The notes: a model not told the origin generated them from the letters alone. DNA of 64,000 bases from an uncultured Actinomycetes bacterium (GCA_963761055.1 CAVXFO010000007.1:147287-211286); one strand, 5' to 3'; positions 43,237-53,828 are shown, counted from the stretch's first letter. Program-made: numbers and translations.

Positions 43237-44157
43237 CTACCGCGCCTTCCACACGGGCGGCCGCTTCTCGGCGAACGCTTTGGGCCCCTCCTTGGCGTCG
43301 TCGGTTCGGAAGATGACCCCGGAGATCTTCGACTCCTTCTCGAACGGCGACCTCAGCTCCGCGCCGAGCCGTTCGAGAATCTCCGCCGCGGCTCGGGGAT
43401 CGGCGCCGTCGACAACGGCCTCGCGCAGCTCGCGGATCGCGGCGCGCAACTGTCGGGTGAGATCCTCGTCGAAGTACAGGCCCTGCAACGCGCTCTGCTT
43501 GGTGGCTTGCACCGCGAGCGGCGCGTTGACGACGATCCGGTTGGCGTATTCGCGCGCCACGTCGAGCAACCGCTCCTTCGGCACGATCGCGTTCAACAAG
43601 CCCATCTCGAACGCGCGGTCGGCCGGGATCAGGTCGGCACACAAGAGGAACTCCATCGCCTGCGGCCACGGAATCTGACGCGGAAGGCGCACCGTCGTTC
43701 CGCCGCCGGCGAACAGTCCGCGCTTGGGCTCCATCACCGCGAACTTGGCTTCGGGACACGCGACGCGTATGTCACACCCGCCGAGCATCTCCATACCGCC
43801 CGCAGTGCAGAAACCGTTCACCGCGGCGATGACCGGCTTGTAGAGCGGCCAGTTGCGGAGGACCGCGCGGGTGCCGTCGTCGAGGCGGTATCCGTTGATC
43901 TCGGTGAGACCCGTCTCGGCGATCTCGGACTGGAACCTCGTGATCTCCGGGATGTACCGCTTGAGATCGGCGCCGGAGAAGAACGCCTCACCGACCCCCG
44001 TCACGATCGCCACCCAAGCCTGGTCGTCGGCTGCGAACCGCTCCCACGCCTCCCGCAAGAGTTTGAAATGCTCCATGTCGCACGAGTTGCGGGCTTCGGG
44101 CCGATCGATCGTGATCATCACGACATGGTCGGCGTCAGCTTCGTAATGGATCGGCAT
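43237..44157 (-). CDS. Enoyl-CoA hydratase/isomerase (crotonase)
   Basis: IDRPEARN, FFSGADL, KPVIAAVNGFCTAGGME, EPKRGL, DAKEGPKAFAEKRPP. Confidence 0.93.
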   Translation of the reverse strand: MPIHYEADADHVVMITIDRPEARNSCDMEHFKLLREAWERFAADDQAWVAIVTGVGEAFFSGADLKRYIPEITRFQSEIAETGLTEINGYRLDDGTRAVLRNWPLYKPVIAAVNGFCTAGGMEMLGGCDIRVACPEAKFAVMEPKRGLFAGGGTTVRLPRQIPWPQAMEFLLCADLIPADRAFEMGLLNAIVPKERLLDVAREYANRIVVNAPLAVQATKQSALQGLYFDEDLTRQLRAAIRELREAVVDGADPRAAAEILERLGAELRSPFEKESKISGVIFRTDDAKEGPKAFAEKRPPVWKAR

Positions 44158-44233
44158 CGTCTCCCCCGGCACGCCGTCGTCGGCCGCGGCTGCGGAGGCG
44201 TCACGTTACCCACGCGCGTGTAGCCTTCGGCCG

Positions 44234-45165
44234 ATGCGGGTGCTCGTGACCGGTGGTGCGGGGTTCATTGGTTCCCACATCGTCGACGCGCTCGTCGCCG
44301 CGGGGCGATCAGGTTGTCGTGCTCGACGACCTGAGCACCGGGTTCGCGGCGAACATCGACGCGGGGGCGACCCTCGTCGAGGGTTCGGTCGCCGACGAGG
44401 CCGCCGTCGGCCGCGCGATTGCCGGCTGTGAGATCGTCTTCCACGAAGCCGCGCACAAGGCCGTGCTCCGCTCGGTCGAACGGCCCCTCACCACCGACAC
44501 GGCAAATACGCACGGCACGCTCACCGTCTTGAAGGCGGCGGCCGACGCCGGAGTCCGCCGGGTGGTCCATGCGTCGTCGAGCAGCGTGTACGGCGGCGCC
44601 ACGACGGTGCCGACGCCCGAGTCGGAGCCGCTCGTTCCCCGTTCCCCGTACGCGGTGACGAAGCTCGCGGCGGAGCACTACTGCCGGGTCTTCGCCGAGC
44701 TGTACGGACTCGAGACGGTCGCACTGCGCTACTTCAACGTCTATGGCCCGCGGCAGCGCCCCGATGCCACGTACGCGGCCGTGATCCCCCTCTTCGTCGA
44801 CGCGCTGCTGCGCGGTCGCGACGTCGAGGTCCACGGCGACGGGCTGCAGTGCACGCGATTTCACCTACATCGACGACGTCGTCCGCGCCAATCTCGCGGC
44901 CGCGTCGGCGCCCGCGGAATCATCGTCGGGGAACGTCTACAACATCGCGGCGGGAAAGTCGGCGTCGCTGCTCGACATCCTCGGCATCCTCGGCGGATTG
45001 CTCGGCGTCACGCCCACGCCCCACTTCGTCGCGCCGCGGGCCGGTGACGTTCGCCGAAGTCTCGCCGACGCATCGGCGGCCGAGCGTGACCTCGGCTTCC
45101 AGTGCGCGATCGGCCTTGACGATGGTCTACGGCGTACGGTCGACTGGCTCCGCACGCTCGACTAA
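44234..45165 (+). CDS. NAD-dependent nucleotide-sugar epimerase/dehydratase (frameshifts near 44305 and 44850)
   Basis: VTGGAGFIGSH, ASSSSVYG, SPYAVTK, LRYFNVYGPRQ, RDFTYIDD, RAGDV. Confidence 0.92.
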
Positions 45166-45168
45166 CGG

Positions 45169-47067
45169 TTACGAACCACCGGCAACCGCGCGCCGGTCCT
45201 CCTGGATCTGATCGGCATCGGCCTCGTCGAGTTCGTGGCGCATCCGATTGCAGAGCTCTATGAGGGCTCCGGCCGCGCGCTCGGGAGTGATCGTCGTCGG
45301 GAAGTTGCGCACGCAGTCGCCGTCGAGGGACGGCACACCGACCGAACGGATCATTGGGTGCGCGGTCAACGTGGGCAACTCCGCGACGCCGAAGAGCTCC
45401 TCGTGCAGCTTTTCACCGCGACGTAGACCGACGAACTCGATCGGACACGGAGGCTTCACCGTCTGCGCGAGTTGTTCGGCGACCTCGGCGATTCTCACGG
45501 GCTCACCCATGTCGAGGACGAGCACGCGCCCGCCTTTGCCGATCGCGCCCGCCTGCAACACCAGCTGCACGGCTTCTTCCACCGTCATGAAGAACCGGGT
45601 TACGTCGGGGTGGGTCACGGTCAGCGGACCACCGAGCTCGAGCTGCTTTTGGAACGTCGTGAGGAACGAGCCGCGGCTGCCGAGCACGTTCCCGAAGCGG
45701 ACCGAGAGGTACCGACCGACGGCGTCGTCGTCGAGCCCGGCGGTGAGGCCCTCGGCAACCCGCTTCGAGTACCCGAGGATGCTGCACGGGTCGGCGGCCT
45801 TGTCGGTCGAGATGTTGACGAAGCACTCGACCTCGGCCGCTCTCGCGGCCTCCAGCACCGCCAGAGAGCCCCAGACGTTGGTCTTGAAGCCCTCGACCGG
45901 GTGCCCCTCGAGTAGCGGAAGGTGCTTCAGCGCGGCGGCGTGGAACACGACGTCGGGCCGGCGTTCGAGGAACAACTCGCGGACGCGGTCGCGATCGCGG
46001 ATATCGAGGAGCGCAACGTCGGGAGTGTCGAGCAGTGCACGGCCGCTGATCGACAACTGCACCGCGTGCAGAGCTGATTCGTCCCGGTCGACCATCAGGA
46101 GCTCGGCGGGACCGATGCGCGCGATCTGGCGGCACAGCTCCGACCCGATCGAACCACCCGCCCCCGTGACGAGCACGCGCTTGTTGCGCAGGAACGTTGC
46201 CGCCTGGTCGAGATCGATCTCGACGGAATGGCGGCCCATGAGGTCGCGTGCCGTGGGTTCGCGGATGTCGACGACGCGCACGCCGCTGCTCAGCAGCTCG
46301 CGCACGGACGGCAACACACGAACGGAAAGCCCCGCCTTGGTCGCGAGCTCCGACAGTTCGAGCACGAGTGAACTGCTCGCGCTCGGCACGGCGATCACGA
46401 CACCGGTCGCATGAAACTCCTCCGCGGCGCGCGCCATGTCGTAGCGATCACCGACGACCTTCACGCCGTGGGTACGCAACCCGCGCAGATTCGGATCGTC
46501 GTCGAGCAGCGCGACCGCGACGTATGCGCTCTGGGTATCGGCGAACATCGCCTTGATGGCCGCGCGACCACCACTGCCCGCACCGAAGACGATTACCCGC
46601 TCACACTCGCGCGCTTGCAGGCGCCGGCGCAGTTGGCGGTCGTAGTCCATGCGCCAGCTGAATCGGACCCCGACCATGATCAGCACCGCCGTCGTCCCGC
46701 CCGCGAGCACGACGGAGATCGGCAGCGGTCGGTCCGACGAGTACGCAGCGTCAACGACGAGGAGCAGGGTCCCCGAAAACAGGAACGACTTTGCGACGGC
46801 GCTCACTTCTTCGATCGAACCGAAGACCCAACGCCCGCGATACAGCCCGAACATGGTGCCCGCGACAAGCTGGGCTACAAGGACCAGCGGGACGAGCGGG
46901 ACGAGGCGCCACAACGAAATGCCGTCCGCACCCAGCCGCAGCCCGGAGCACAGGACGAGCGCGCTCGCCCACGCCGCCAAGTCGATGACCGCCTGAACGC
47001 GTCGACCCTGAGTGGGGCGACGCGGAATCCCTCCCAAAAGGCCTCTCACCCAGTGATCCCCCTGCAT
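45169..47067 (-). CDS. Membrane-anchored UDP-sugar 4,6-dehydratase (CapD/WbpM/PglF family)
   Basis: N-terminal TM segments; VTGAGGSIGSELCRQ, FHAAALKH, ISTDKA, RFGNVLGSRGS, GLRRGEKLHEEL. Confidence 0.93.
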   Translation of the reverse strand: MQGDHWVRGLLGGIPRRPTQGRRVQAVIDLAAWASALVLCSGLRLGADGISLWRLVPLVPLVLVAQLVAGTMFGLYRGRWVFGSIEEVSAVAKSFLFSGTLLLVVDAAYSSDRPLPISVVLAGGTTAVLIMVGVRFSWRMDYDRQLRRRLQARECERVIVFGAGSGGRAAIKAMFADTQSAYVAVALLDDDPNLRGLRTHGVKVVGDRYDMARAAEEFHATGVVIAVPSASSSLVLELSELATKAGLSVRVLPSVRELLSSGVRVVDIREPTARDLMGRHSVEIDLDQAATFLRNKRVLVTGAGGSIGSELCRQIARIGPAELLMVDRDESALHAVQLSISGRALLDTPDVALLDIRDRDRVRELFLERRPDVVFHAAALKHLPLLEGHPVEGFKTNVWGSLAVLEAARAAEVECFVNISTDKAADPCSILGYSKRVAEGLTAGLDDDAVGRYLSVRFGNVLGSRGSFLTTFQKQLELGGPLTVTHPDVTRFFMTVEEAVQLVLQAGAIGKGGRVLVLDMGEPVRIAEVAEQLAQTVKPPCPIEFVGLRRGEKLHEELFGVAELPTLTAHPMIRSVGVPSLDGDCVRNFPTTITPERAAGALIELCNRMRHELDEADADQIQEDRRAVAGGS

Positions 47068-47146
47068 CCGTGACCAGAAGAGTGTGGAAGATGGAGGGGT
47101 AAAGCCGCAAGGGAATCTGCGTAAATACTTCCTGAAGCCCGCGACT

Positions 47147-48313
47147 TCACCCTCGACCTCCGCCGAAATCACCCGAATTGTCGTGCACGCGCACGATGAG
47201 ACCGACGATGCCGTCGACCACACGATCCTCCAGTGCGGGATACACGGGCAGGCTGAGGACGCGACGCGCGACGTCGTCGGTCACCGACAAGGTGTCCGAA
47301 GCGACGTCGCGATACGCGTGCTGCCGGTGCACCGGGGGATCGAAGTAGGTGCGGGTGTCGACACCCTCGGCCGAGAGTGCGCGTCGTAGGCAATCGCGGT
47401 CGACGCCAAACGCCACCGCGTCGATGGCAACGGTGAAGTCCTTCCACGTCGACCGATCGTTCGCGCCGATGGCCTGCACGTGGACGCCGGGGATCTGTCC
47501 CAGCTGACGGCGGTACCGGTCGACGATCTCGAAACGGCGCGACTGGTACTCGGCGAAGCGTTCCAGTGACGCGAGCGCGGTCGCTGCGTGCATTTCCGAC
47601 ATCCGTCCGTTGAGTCCGACGAACTCGGTGTCGTAGTTCCCGGGATTCGCGTAGTCGCGCCCGATTCGGACATTGCGCGCGACGTCGTCACGAAGCGTTG
47701 CGACGAGACCGCCTTCACCGGCGACGAGCGGTTTCGTCGGCGTGAGGCTGAACACCTCCGCGTCGCCGAAACCGCCGACCCGAACACCATCGGAGATGGC
47801 GCCGAACGCGTGAGCTGCGTCGAACACGAGCGGGACACCTGCCGCGCGTGCGATCGTCTCGAGGTCCTGCGGCGAACACGGAGCGCCGAAGACGTGGGTC
47901 GCGAGGATCGCGCTCGCGCCAGGGAGGCGCGGTGCGAGGTCGTCGAGCGCGAGTTGAAATGACGAGGGGTCGCACTCCGCGAACCGCGGTGTCGCACCGT
48001 TCCACGCGACCGCGTGCGCGGATGCCGAGAATGTGAACGACGGCATGACGACGGGGCCGGTGATCTTCAGCGCCCGCAACGCCAACATGAGACCAGTCGT
48101 GCACGACGAGACCGCGACCACGTGCGGGACACCGAGATGCTCGGCCGCGCGCTGCTCGAGCTCTGCGACAAGCTGCCCGTTCGTGAGTGATCCGCGCTTC
48201 CATGAGTCGGCAAGGATCTCGGTGACGCGTTCGAGGGCCGGCGCCGGCGGACGTACGAACGGAATCCCCTCGGGGAACGTGGCGTCGCCACCGAGCAACG
48301 CGAGCTTTGTCAT
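47147..48313 (-). CDS. DegT/DnrJ/EryC1/StrS sugar aminotransferase
   Basis: VSSCTTGL, PSFTFSAS, FDAAHAFG, FSLTPTK, GEGG, NGRMSE, LSLP. Confidence 0.93.
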   Translation of the reverse strand: MTKLALLGGDATFPEGIPFVRPPAPALERVTEILADSWKRGSLTNGQLVAELEQRAAEHLGVPHVVAVSSCTTGLMLALRALKITGPVVMPSFTFSASAHAVAWNGATPRFAECDPSSFQLALDDLAPRLPGASAILATHVFGAPCSPQDLETIARAAGVPLVFDAAHAFGAISDGVRVGGFGDAEVFSLTPTKPLVAGEGGLVATLRDDVARNVRIGRDYANPGNYDTEFVGLNGRMSEMHAATALASLERFAEYQSRRFEIVDRYRRQLGQIPGVHVQAIGANDRSTWKDFTVAIDAVAFGVDRDCLRRALSAEGVDTRTYFDPPVHRQHAYRDVASDTLSVTDDVARRVLSLPVYPALEDRVVDGIVGLIVRVHDNSGDFGGGRG

Positions 48314-48426
48314 GTCGGGGCCCTCTCCGCCGTGAATCCATTCCTCCACATCTCAATGCCCGCGGGAATCGCACAGACGACGAACACCGTCGCGGATGAC
48401 CCACTCGGCCAGCCCGAGCCGTTCAC
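48310..48426 (-). other. 38-codon ORF bridging the glycosyltransferase and the aminotransferase; probable gene remnant
   Basis: GTG overlaps the upstream TGA (GTGA) and its TGA overlaps the downstream ATG (ATGA). Confidence 0.35.
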
Positions 48427-49624
48427 GCCGTCGCCCCTGCCCGCTTGCGCTCGAGGAGCGCGCCGTAGACGTCGAGGGTGAGGTCGATGCATCGCTGTTC
48501 GTCGAAGTCGGCGACGGCTTTCGCTCGCGCGGCGACCGCTATCTCGCGGCGGCGCGCGTCGTCGGCCGCGATCTCGGCTACCGCGTCGGCGATCGCCGAA
48601 GCGTCGCGCACGGGAACCAGGCGGCCGGTCCGGCCGTCGTCGACGACCTGGCGGCACCCGCGGATGTTCGTCGCTACGACCGGGAGCCCCATGGCCGCGG
48701 CTTCCATCGCGGAGCGCGGAAAGCCCTCGCGGTACGACGCGAGCAGGTAGAGATCGAACGCGGCGTAACACGCCTCCATGTCGGAGCGCTCGCCGACGAA
48801 GTGGATATTGCCGAGGGCCTCGGCCTGTTCGATGTCGGTGGGCGTGAGCGCCTCCGCCTTTGCTTCGTCGAGCGGGCCGACGACCACCATCTCGATCTGC
48901 GGAGCGCGGTCGCGCAACAGCCGGGCCGCCTCGATGACTTCGCGGTATCCCTTCTCCCACACCAGGCGGCCGACGACGCCGCAGACGACGGAGTTTTCCT
49001 TTACGCCCCAACTCGAGCGCAGCACGGCACGCGCCCCGCGTCGATGTGAGCGCGGTCGAAGCGGGTGAGATCGATCCCGTTGCCGAGCAGGTGCAGCTTG
49101 GCCTCGGGAAGCCCGAGCCGGCGCAGTACGCCCAGGTCTTCGACATTCTGCACGAGCTCGGCCTGCGAGCACTTCGCCGCGATGCGTTCCATGCCGTATA
49201 CGACGGTGCGACGCGTCCACGCGTCGCTGGGCTGGGCGTACAGGCCGTGCACCGTGTTGACGACCACGGGGACACGGCTGAAACGAGCCGAGAGCCGGCC
49301 GTAGACGCCGGGCTTGGGGTTGTGCGTGTGCACGATGTCGGGGCGCAGACGCGCGAAAACCCGCGCCAGCTCACCGAGCGCAGCGACGTCTTGCAACGGC
49401 GCCATGGAGCGGGTGGCGTGCTGCAGCGGTACGTGGCGAACGCCGAGTTCGGACAGCCGCTCGACGTACGGTCCCGGCGCGGAGACGCCGATGACCTCGT
49501 AGCCGGCAGTCTGCATGGCCGAAAGCTGGCGGCCCAGAAGGAGCGCCAGACTGATGTCGGTCGTGGTGACATGTACGACCCGGGGGGCTTTGCCGGTAAG
49601 AGTGGCGTCGGAGGGCGCGCTCAC
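48423..49624 (-). CDS. Glycosyltransferase family 4 (frameshift near 49030)
   Basis: PDIVHTHNPKPG, NTVHG, GNGID, GRLVWEKG, SYREGFPRSAMEA, TNIRGCR. Confidence 0.92.
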
Positions 49625-49926
49625 GATGCCGTCACTCCCGTCGCACGCCCCGCGCGGCCATCCGCACGCCGAGCGCGGTTACGCGGACTCTCGAAAATCC
49701 GCGACGCGTCTCCTGACGCCACCACTGTGTCCCCTCCCCCGTTTGAGCGAGACCAGCATCCGTACCGGCCACCGCCCGCCCGGAGATTGTAGTCGAGGCC
49801 GTCAGATGTCGACAATGGTCGTACGCGCATGACGGATCGGTTATCGCTTCCTTGCTCGACCCAGACGCGACTTCGGCTCCCCGTTTCGGGGAGCCGAAGC
49901 GTTCGAAACTCTGTGTTGCTTCGAGA

Positions 49927-50940
49927 TCAGGTCGTGCGTCGCCGCCGGCGAGTCAACAAGAGCAGTGCGGCACCTGCGTCGACCAACGCCGCGGCGATGA
50001 TCAGTAGGTACACACCGTTCGCACCGGTACGAGGCAGCGTGTTCGCAGCAGCCGCAACCGTCGTCGTGGTCGCCGCCGCGGCTGTGACAGGCGTAGCAGC
50101 AGCCGTCGTCGGCGTCGTCGTCGGAGGCGCCGCACCCTGCGCCGAGAGTACGGCGATCGTCGCCGCGCCGCTGCGGGTGCACGAGAGGGTCGAGGTGACA
50201 GTCAGCGTCGCAATAGTGATCTTCGACACGATGTGCATCGACTTCTCGGAAAAGCTCACCGGGTCCGTTGCGTTCTTCGGGTGCCACGTCGTCGGAGTCA
50301 GCGTGGTGGTCCCGACCAGGTCTTGGGCGATGCCGTTCACGATCTTGACCGTTGCAGTACCAGTGCCGGTAACCGTCTGCGTCCCCTCGGTCGTGTTCGA
50401 GCCGGCGATCACCACACTCAGAGTCGACGGGATCTGGTCACCATTCTTGAGGCCGGCGTCTCCCGGAAGTACGCCCGCCTGAAGCGTGCTCCCGCCGATC
50501 GACACCGTGACAGCAGTCTTCGTCAGCTTGATGGGCTGACCCTTGTGGGGTTGCGGGAATGCGCTTGTCGCGACGCCCACACCAACCTTGCTACTCGTCG
50601 TCCCCTGCTTCAGGATGTCGGGGTCGATAGAACCCGAGCAGTTGTTGGTGTCATTCGACGTGCCCGAGAGGCTCGTCTGCGTCAGGCCGACGGTCGTGGT
50701 CGTGGTCGGGCCGACCGTCGTGGTCGTCGCAGCCGCCACCGTCGTGGTCGTCGCAGCCGCCACCGTTGTGGTTGTCGCGGCCGCCACCGTCGTGGTCGTC
50801 GCGGCCGCAGCTGCGACGCCCGTCGTCGGCGTGGTGGTGAGCGCGCCCACCGAACCCCCGTTGACGAGAGCCATGAATGCCGCGGTGCTCATGAGCAGAC
50901 CGCCGTACACGGCAAACCGCTTGCGCCTGTTGAACTTCAC
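49927..50940 (-). CDS. Secreted, sortase-anchored (LPRTG) Thr/Ala-rich surface protein
   Basis: N-terminal signal/TM segment; AAATTTTV repeats; beta-rich domain with two Cys; LPRTG, hydrophobic stretch, RRRRR tail. Confidence 0.9.
   Translation of the reverse strand: MKFNRRKRFAVYGGLLMSTAAFMALVNGGSVGALTTTPTTGVAAAAATTTTVAAATTTTVAAATTTTVAAATTTTVGPTTTTTVGLTQTSLSGTSNDTNNCSGSIDPDILKQGTTSSKVGVGVATSAFPQPHKGQPIKLTKTAVTVSIGGSTLQAGVLPGDAGLKNGDQIPSTLSVVIAGSNTTEGTQTVTGTGTATVKIVNGIAQDLVGTTTLTPTTWHPKNATDPVSFSEKSMHIVSKITIATLTVTSTLSCTRSGAATIAVLSAQGAAPPTTTPTTAAATPVTAAAATTTTVAAAANTLPRTGANGVYLLIIAAALVDAGAALLLLTRRRRRTT
50686..50815 (-). repeat. Approx. 5 x 24-bp repeat encoding (AAA/GP)TTTTV
   Basis: ccaccgtcgtggtcgtcgcagccg-like units on the + strand. 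Confidence 0.85.
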
Positions 50941-51345
50941 GTGTGTTCCCCCCTCTGACGTCCGCCCGGGAACCAGAGGGAGAGACGCCGGCGCACGCGC
51001 GCCGACGAACCCGCCCCCGGCCTTGCGGCCAGCCTCCCCAACGGCGCCAGGTGTCCTGGTCACCCTTCGCGGTCAGCATGGCCCGCGCTCACAGGTGTCC
51101 GCAAGTAGGAATTACGGGTTTCTGTGGGGTTCCCGACTCGTGCCGCCGGATCGGCGCGGGAGAATAGGGACGAATGTGCCTGAGCCGGCGAAGGTGCGCA
51201 GCGAGAGTGGCCACTGCGTGCCGCGCACTGTGAACGGCGGCGACGGCTCCATCGGGCACGGTCACCGGACCTGACGTCGACGTCACCTCCACCGCGAGGA
51301 TGGCGTGTCCAACGCGCCGGCAACCGGCGCCGACCAAGGAGCCAC

Positions 51346-52330
51346 GTGGCGGATCGACCTCGAGCACTCGTCACCGCGCCATTTCGCGGCGAGGGCCTGG
51401 AGACCTTGCAATCCTTGGCCGACGTGGTCTACGACCCGTGGATCGAGCAGGTCCCGCTCCGGCTCTACAGCGGCGAGCAGCTCGCCGCTCGCATCGAAGC
51501 CGAGGGCGCGAACCTGCTCATCGTCGAGTCGGACTCGGTGAAGGGCCCGGTCTTCGACCTTCCCCTCGTGTGCATCGGCTCGTGCCGCGGCGACCCCAAC
51601 AACGTCGACGTCGCGGCGGCGACCGCGGCCGGGATCCCCGTGCTGCGGGCCCCCGGCCGGAACGCCAACACGGTCGCGGAGATCACGATCGCGTTGATGT
51701 TCGCGGTGAACCGCCGGCTCGTCCCCGCCGATCACGACGTCCGGGCGGGCGAGGTCTACGCGGGCGGCAAGATTCCGTACCAGCGCTACCGAGCCTGGGA
51801 GCTCAGCGGCCAGACCGTCGGCATCATCGGCCTCGGGGCGGTCGGACGCGCCGCGAAGTGGCGCTTCGAGGGTCTCGGCATGAACGTGCTGTCGTACGAC
51901 CCGTACAACCCCGATGCCACGCACAACGCCGATCTCGAAGCGATGCTGGCGGAGTGCGACGTCGTCTCCAACCACACGATGGCCACGCCCGAGACCGAGG
52001 GCATCATGGGCGCCGCACAGTTCGCCGCGATGAAGCCGGGCGGCATCTACATCAACTCCGCCCGCGCGATGTTGCACGACACCGACGCGCTCGTGGCCGC
52101 GCTGCTCTCGGGCCAGGTCGGAGGGGCCGGGCTCGATCACTTCAAAGGCGAGAACCTGCCGGTCGATCATCCGCTGTGTGTGATGCCGAACGTGGTGCTC
52201 ACGCCGCACATCGGCGGCGCGACCTACAACACCGAAGCCAACCACTCGAAGCTGATCGCCGACGATGTCGCCCGCATCCTGGCGGGCGAGAAGCCGGTCG
52301 AATTGTGTGAACCCGGAGGTTCTCTCGTAA
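51346..52330 (+). CDS. D-isomer-specific 2-hydroxyacid dehydrogenase
   Basis: APGRNANTVAE, GIIGLGAVG, YDPY, INSAR, LTPHIGGAT; removing one base gives the typical end VNCVNPEVLS*. Confidence 0.9.
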
Positions 52331-52986
52331 TGGCAGACGTCAAGGGAACTGCCGAGGAGATCAAGGCCGACGTGCTGTGGGTCGCCCAGGAGAGCCTGCG
52401 CACCAACCTCGTGCACGGCACCGCGGGCAACTTCTCGGCCCGGCTTCCCGACGGCAACGTCGTGCTGACCCCCTCGTCGCTCGCATACGAGACGATGACC
52501 CTCGACGATCTCGTCGTGTGCGATCTCGACGGCAACGTGGTGGAAGGCGAGTGCCAGCCCACCACGGAGAAGATGCTCCATCTCGCGTGCCTGAAGAGAT
52601 ACGACGACATCCACGCCGTCATCCACTGCCACGCGAAGTTCTGCACCATGTTCGCGCTCACGCACCAACCGATCCCGTGCGTCATCGAAGAGGTCGAGGC
52701 GTTCGTTGGTGGCGACGTCCCCGTCGCGGCTTACAAGTTCACCGGCTCCCAGGCACTGGCCGACGAGGTGTCGAAGTGGGTAGGCGACCGGGCCGCGGTG
52801 CTCATGGCGAACCACGGCCTGCTCACGGTCGGCAAGTCGGCCCGGGACACGTTGAAGATCGCGAACATGGTCGAGCTCACCGCGGAGATGATCTGGGGTG
52901 CGCGCCTCCTCGGCGAGATCGTGCCGCTGCCGGAGAAGACCCGGGCCAAGATGGCGCCGGTCTACAAGCTGATCCGCGGGATGTAG
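52330..52986 (+). CDS. Class II aldolase/adducin family protein
   Basis: GTAGNFSAR, TPS, PTTEKMLH, AVIHCH, LMANHG; GGAGG upstream of the ATG. Confidence 0.9.
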   Translation: MADVKGTAEEIKADVLWVAQESLRTNLVHGTAGNFSARLPDGNVVLTPSSLAYETMTLDDLVVCDLDGNVVEGECQPTTEKMLHLACLKRYDDIHAVIHCHAKFCTMFALTHQPIPCVIEEVEAFVGGDVPVAAYKFTGSQALADEVSKWVGDRAAVLMANHGLLTVGKSARDTLKIANMVELTAEMIWGARLLGEIVPLPEKTRAKMAPVYKLIRGM

Positions 52987-53028
52987 CTCGTGGTCCGTCT
53001 CCAAAATGCTGCGGCGGCGCGTACAATT

Positions 53029-53076
53029 CGTGTGCTACTTCCGGTGGTATCACGGGTGGTACCACCGGCAGTATCA
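53029..53076. repeat. 12-bp period direct repeats between convergent genes
   Basis: CGTGTGCTACTT / CCGGTGGTATCA / CGGGTGGTACCA / CCGGCAGTATCA. Confidence 0.6.
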
Positions 53077-53168
53077 CTCGGTTTTCCAGGGTCCGTGATG
53101 CGCGTCTCCTGGACCGTCCCCACCGTGTGCCGGGTGGCGATCCACCCGATCACATCGGCGACGGACTA

Positions 53169-53828
53169 CTAGCGCTTCCGACAGATCGTCAGACCGTCTG
53201 CGATCGGGAGCATGACCGTGTCGACCCGGTCGTCGTGCGCGACCTTTTCGTTGAACGCCCGGATGGCGAGGGTGTTCTCGTCGTCGGCATCAGATCGGAT
53301 GACCCGGCCGTCCCAGAGCACGTTGTCGACGAGGATCGCGCCGTTCGTTCGCATCTTCGGGAGGAGGGCGTCGAAGTAGCCCGCATAGTTGGGCTTGTCG
53401 GCGTCGATGAACGCCAGATCGAACGACTTGTCGGCGGGCAGGGCGGCGAGAGTGTCGAGGGCGGGCGCGAGCTTCAGCTCGATACGAGCCGATACGCCGG
53501 CTTGCTCCCACGCCCGGCGGCCGATCGCGGTCCATTCCTCGGAGACGTCGCAGCACGTCAGATGACCCGCCGGCGGAAGCCCGCGTGCGATACAGAGCGC
53601 TGAGTAACCGGTGAAGGTGCCGATCTCGATCGCGGTCCGGGCTCCGACCAGTTGGGTGAAGATCGTCAGAAACGCACCCTGCTCGGGCGCGATCTGCATT
53701 CCCGACACGGCACCCAGTGCGGCGGTTGCTTCGATCAGCCCTCGCTGCACCGAATCGGGCGGGCTTCCGTGAGCTACGAGGTATTCGGAGAGCTCGGCGG
53801 TCAGCAGGAAGGACTTTGGTTCGGCCAC
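53169..53828 (-). CDS. Class I O-methyltransferase (caffeoyl-CoA OMT-like)
   Basis: MQIAPEQG, IEIGTFTGYS, FDLAFIDADK, VDNVLWDG, LPIADGL. Confidence 0.94.
   Translation of the reverse strand: MAEPKSFLLTAELSEYLVAHGSPPDSVQRGLIEATAALGAVSGMQIAPEQGAFLTIFTQLVGARTAIEIGTFTGYSALCIARGLPPAGHLTCCDVSEEWTAIGRRAWEQAGVSARIELKLAPALDTLAALPADKSFDLAFIDADKPNYAGYFDALLPKMRTNGAILVDNVLWDGRVIRSDADDENTLAIRAFNEKVAHDDRVDTVMLPIADGLTICRKR

Noticed and set aside
50941-51290. Riboswitch in the long leader of the LPXTG gene
   Set aside because: Hairpins are present, but I saw no match to c-di-AMP, c-di-GMP, cobalamin, TPP or SAM consensus elements; an Rfam scan would be needed
51346-52986. Apparent 546-aa dehydrogenase-aldolase fusion
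   Set aside because: Removing one base near 52300 gives the typical end VNCVNPEVLS*, with a TAATG overlap and GGAGG before the aldolase ATG; most likely an indel artefact
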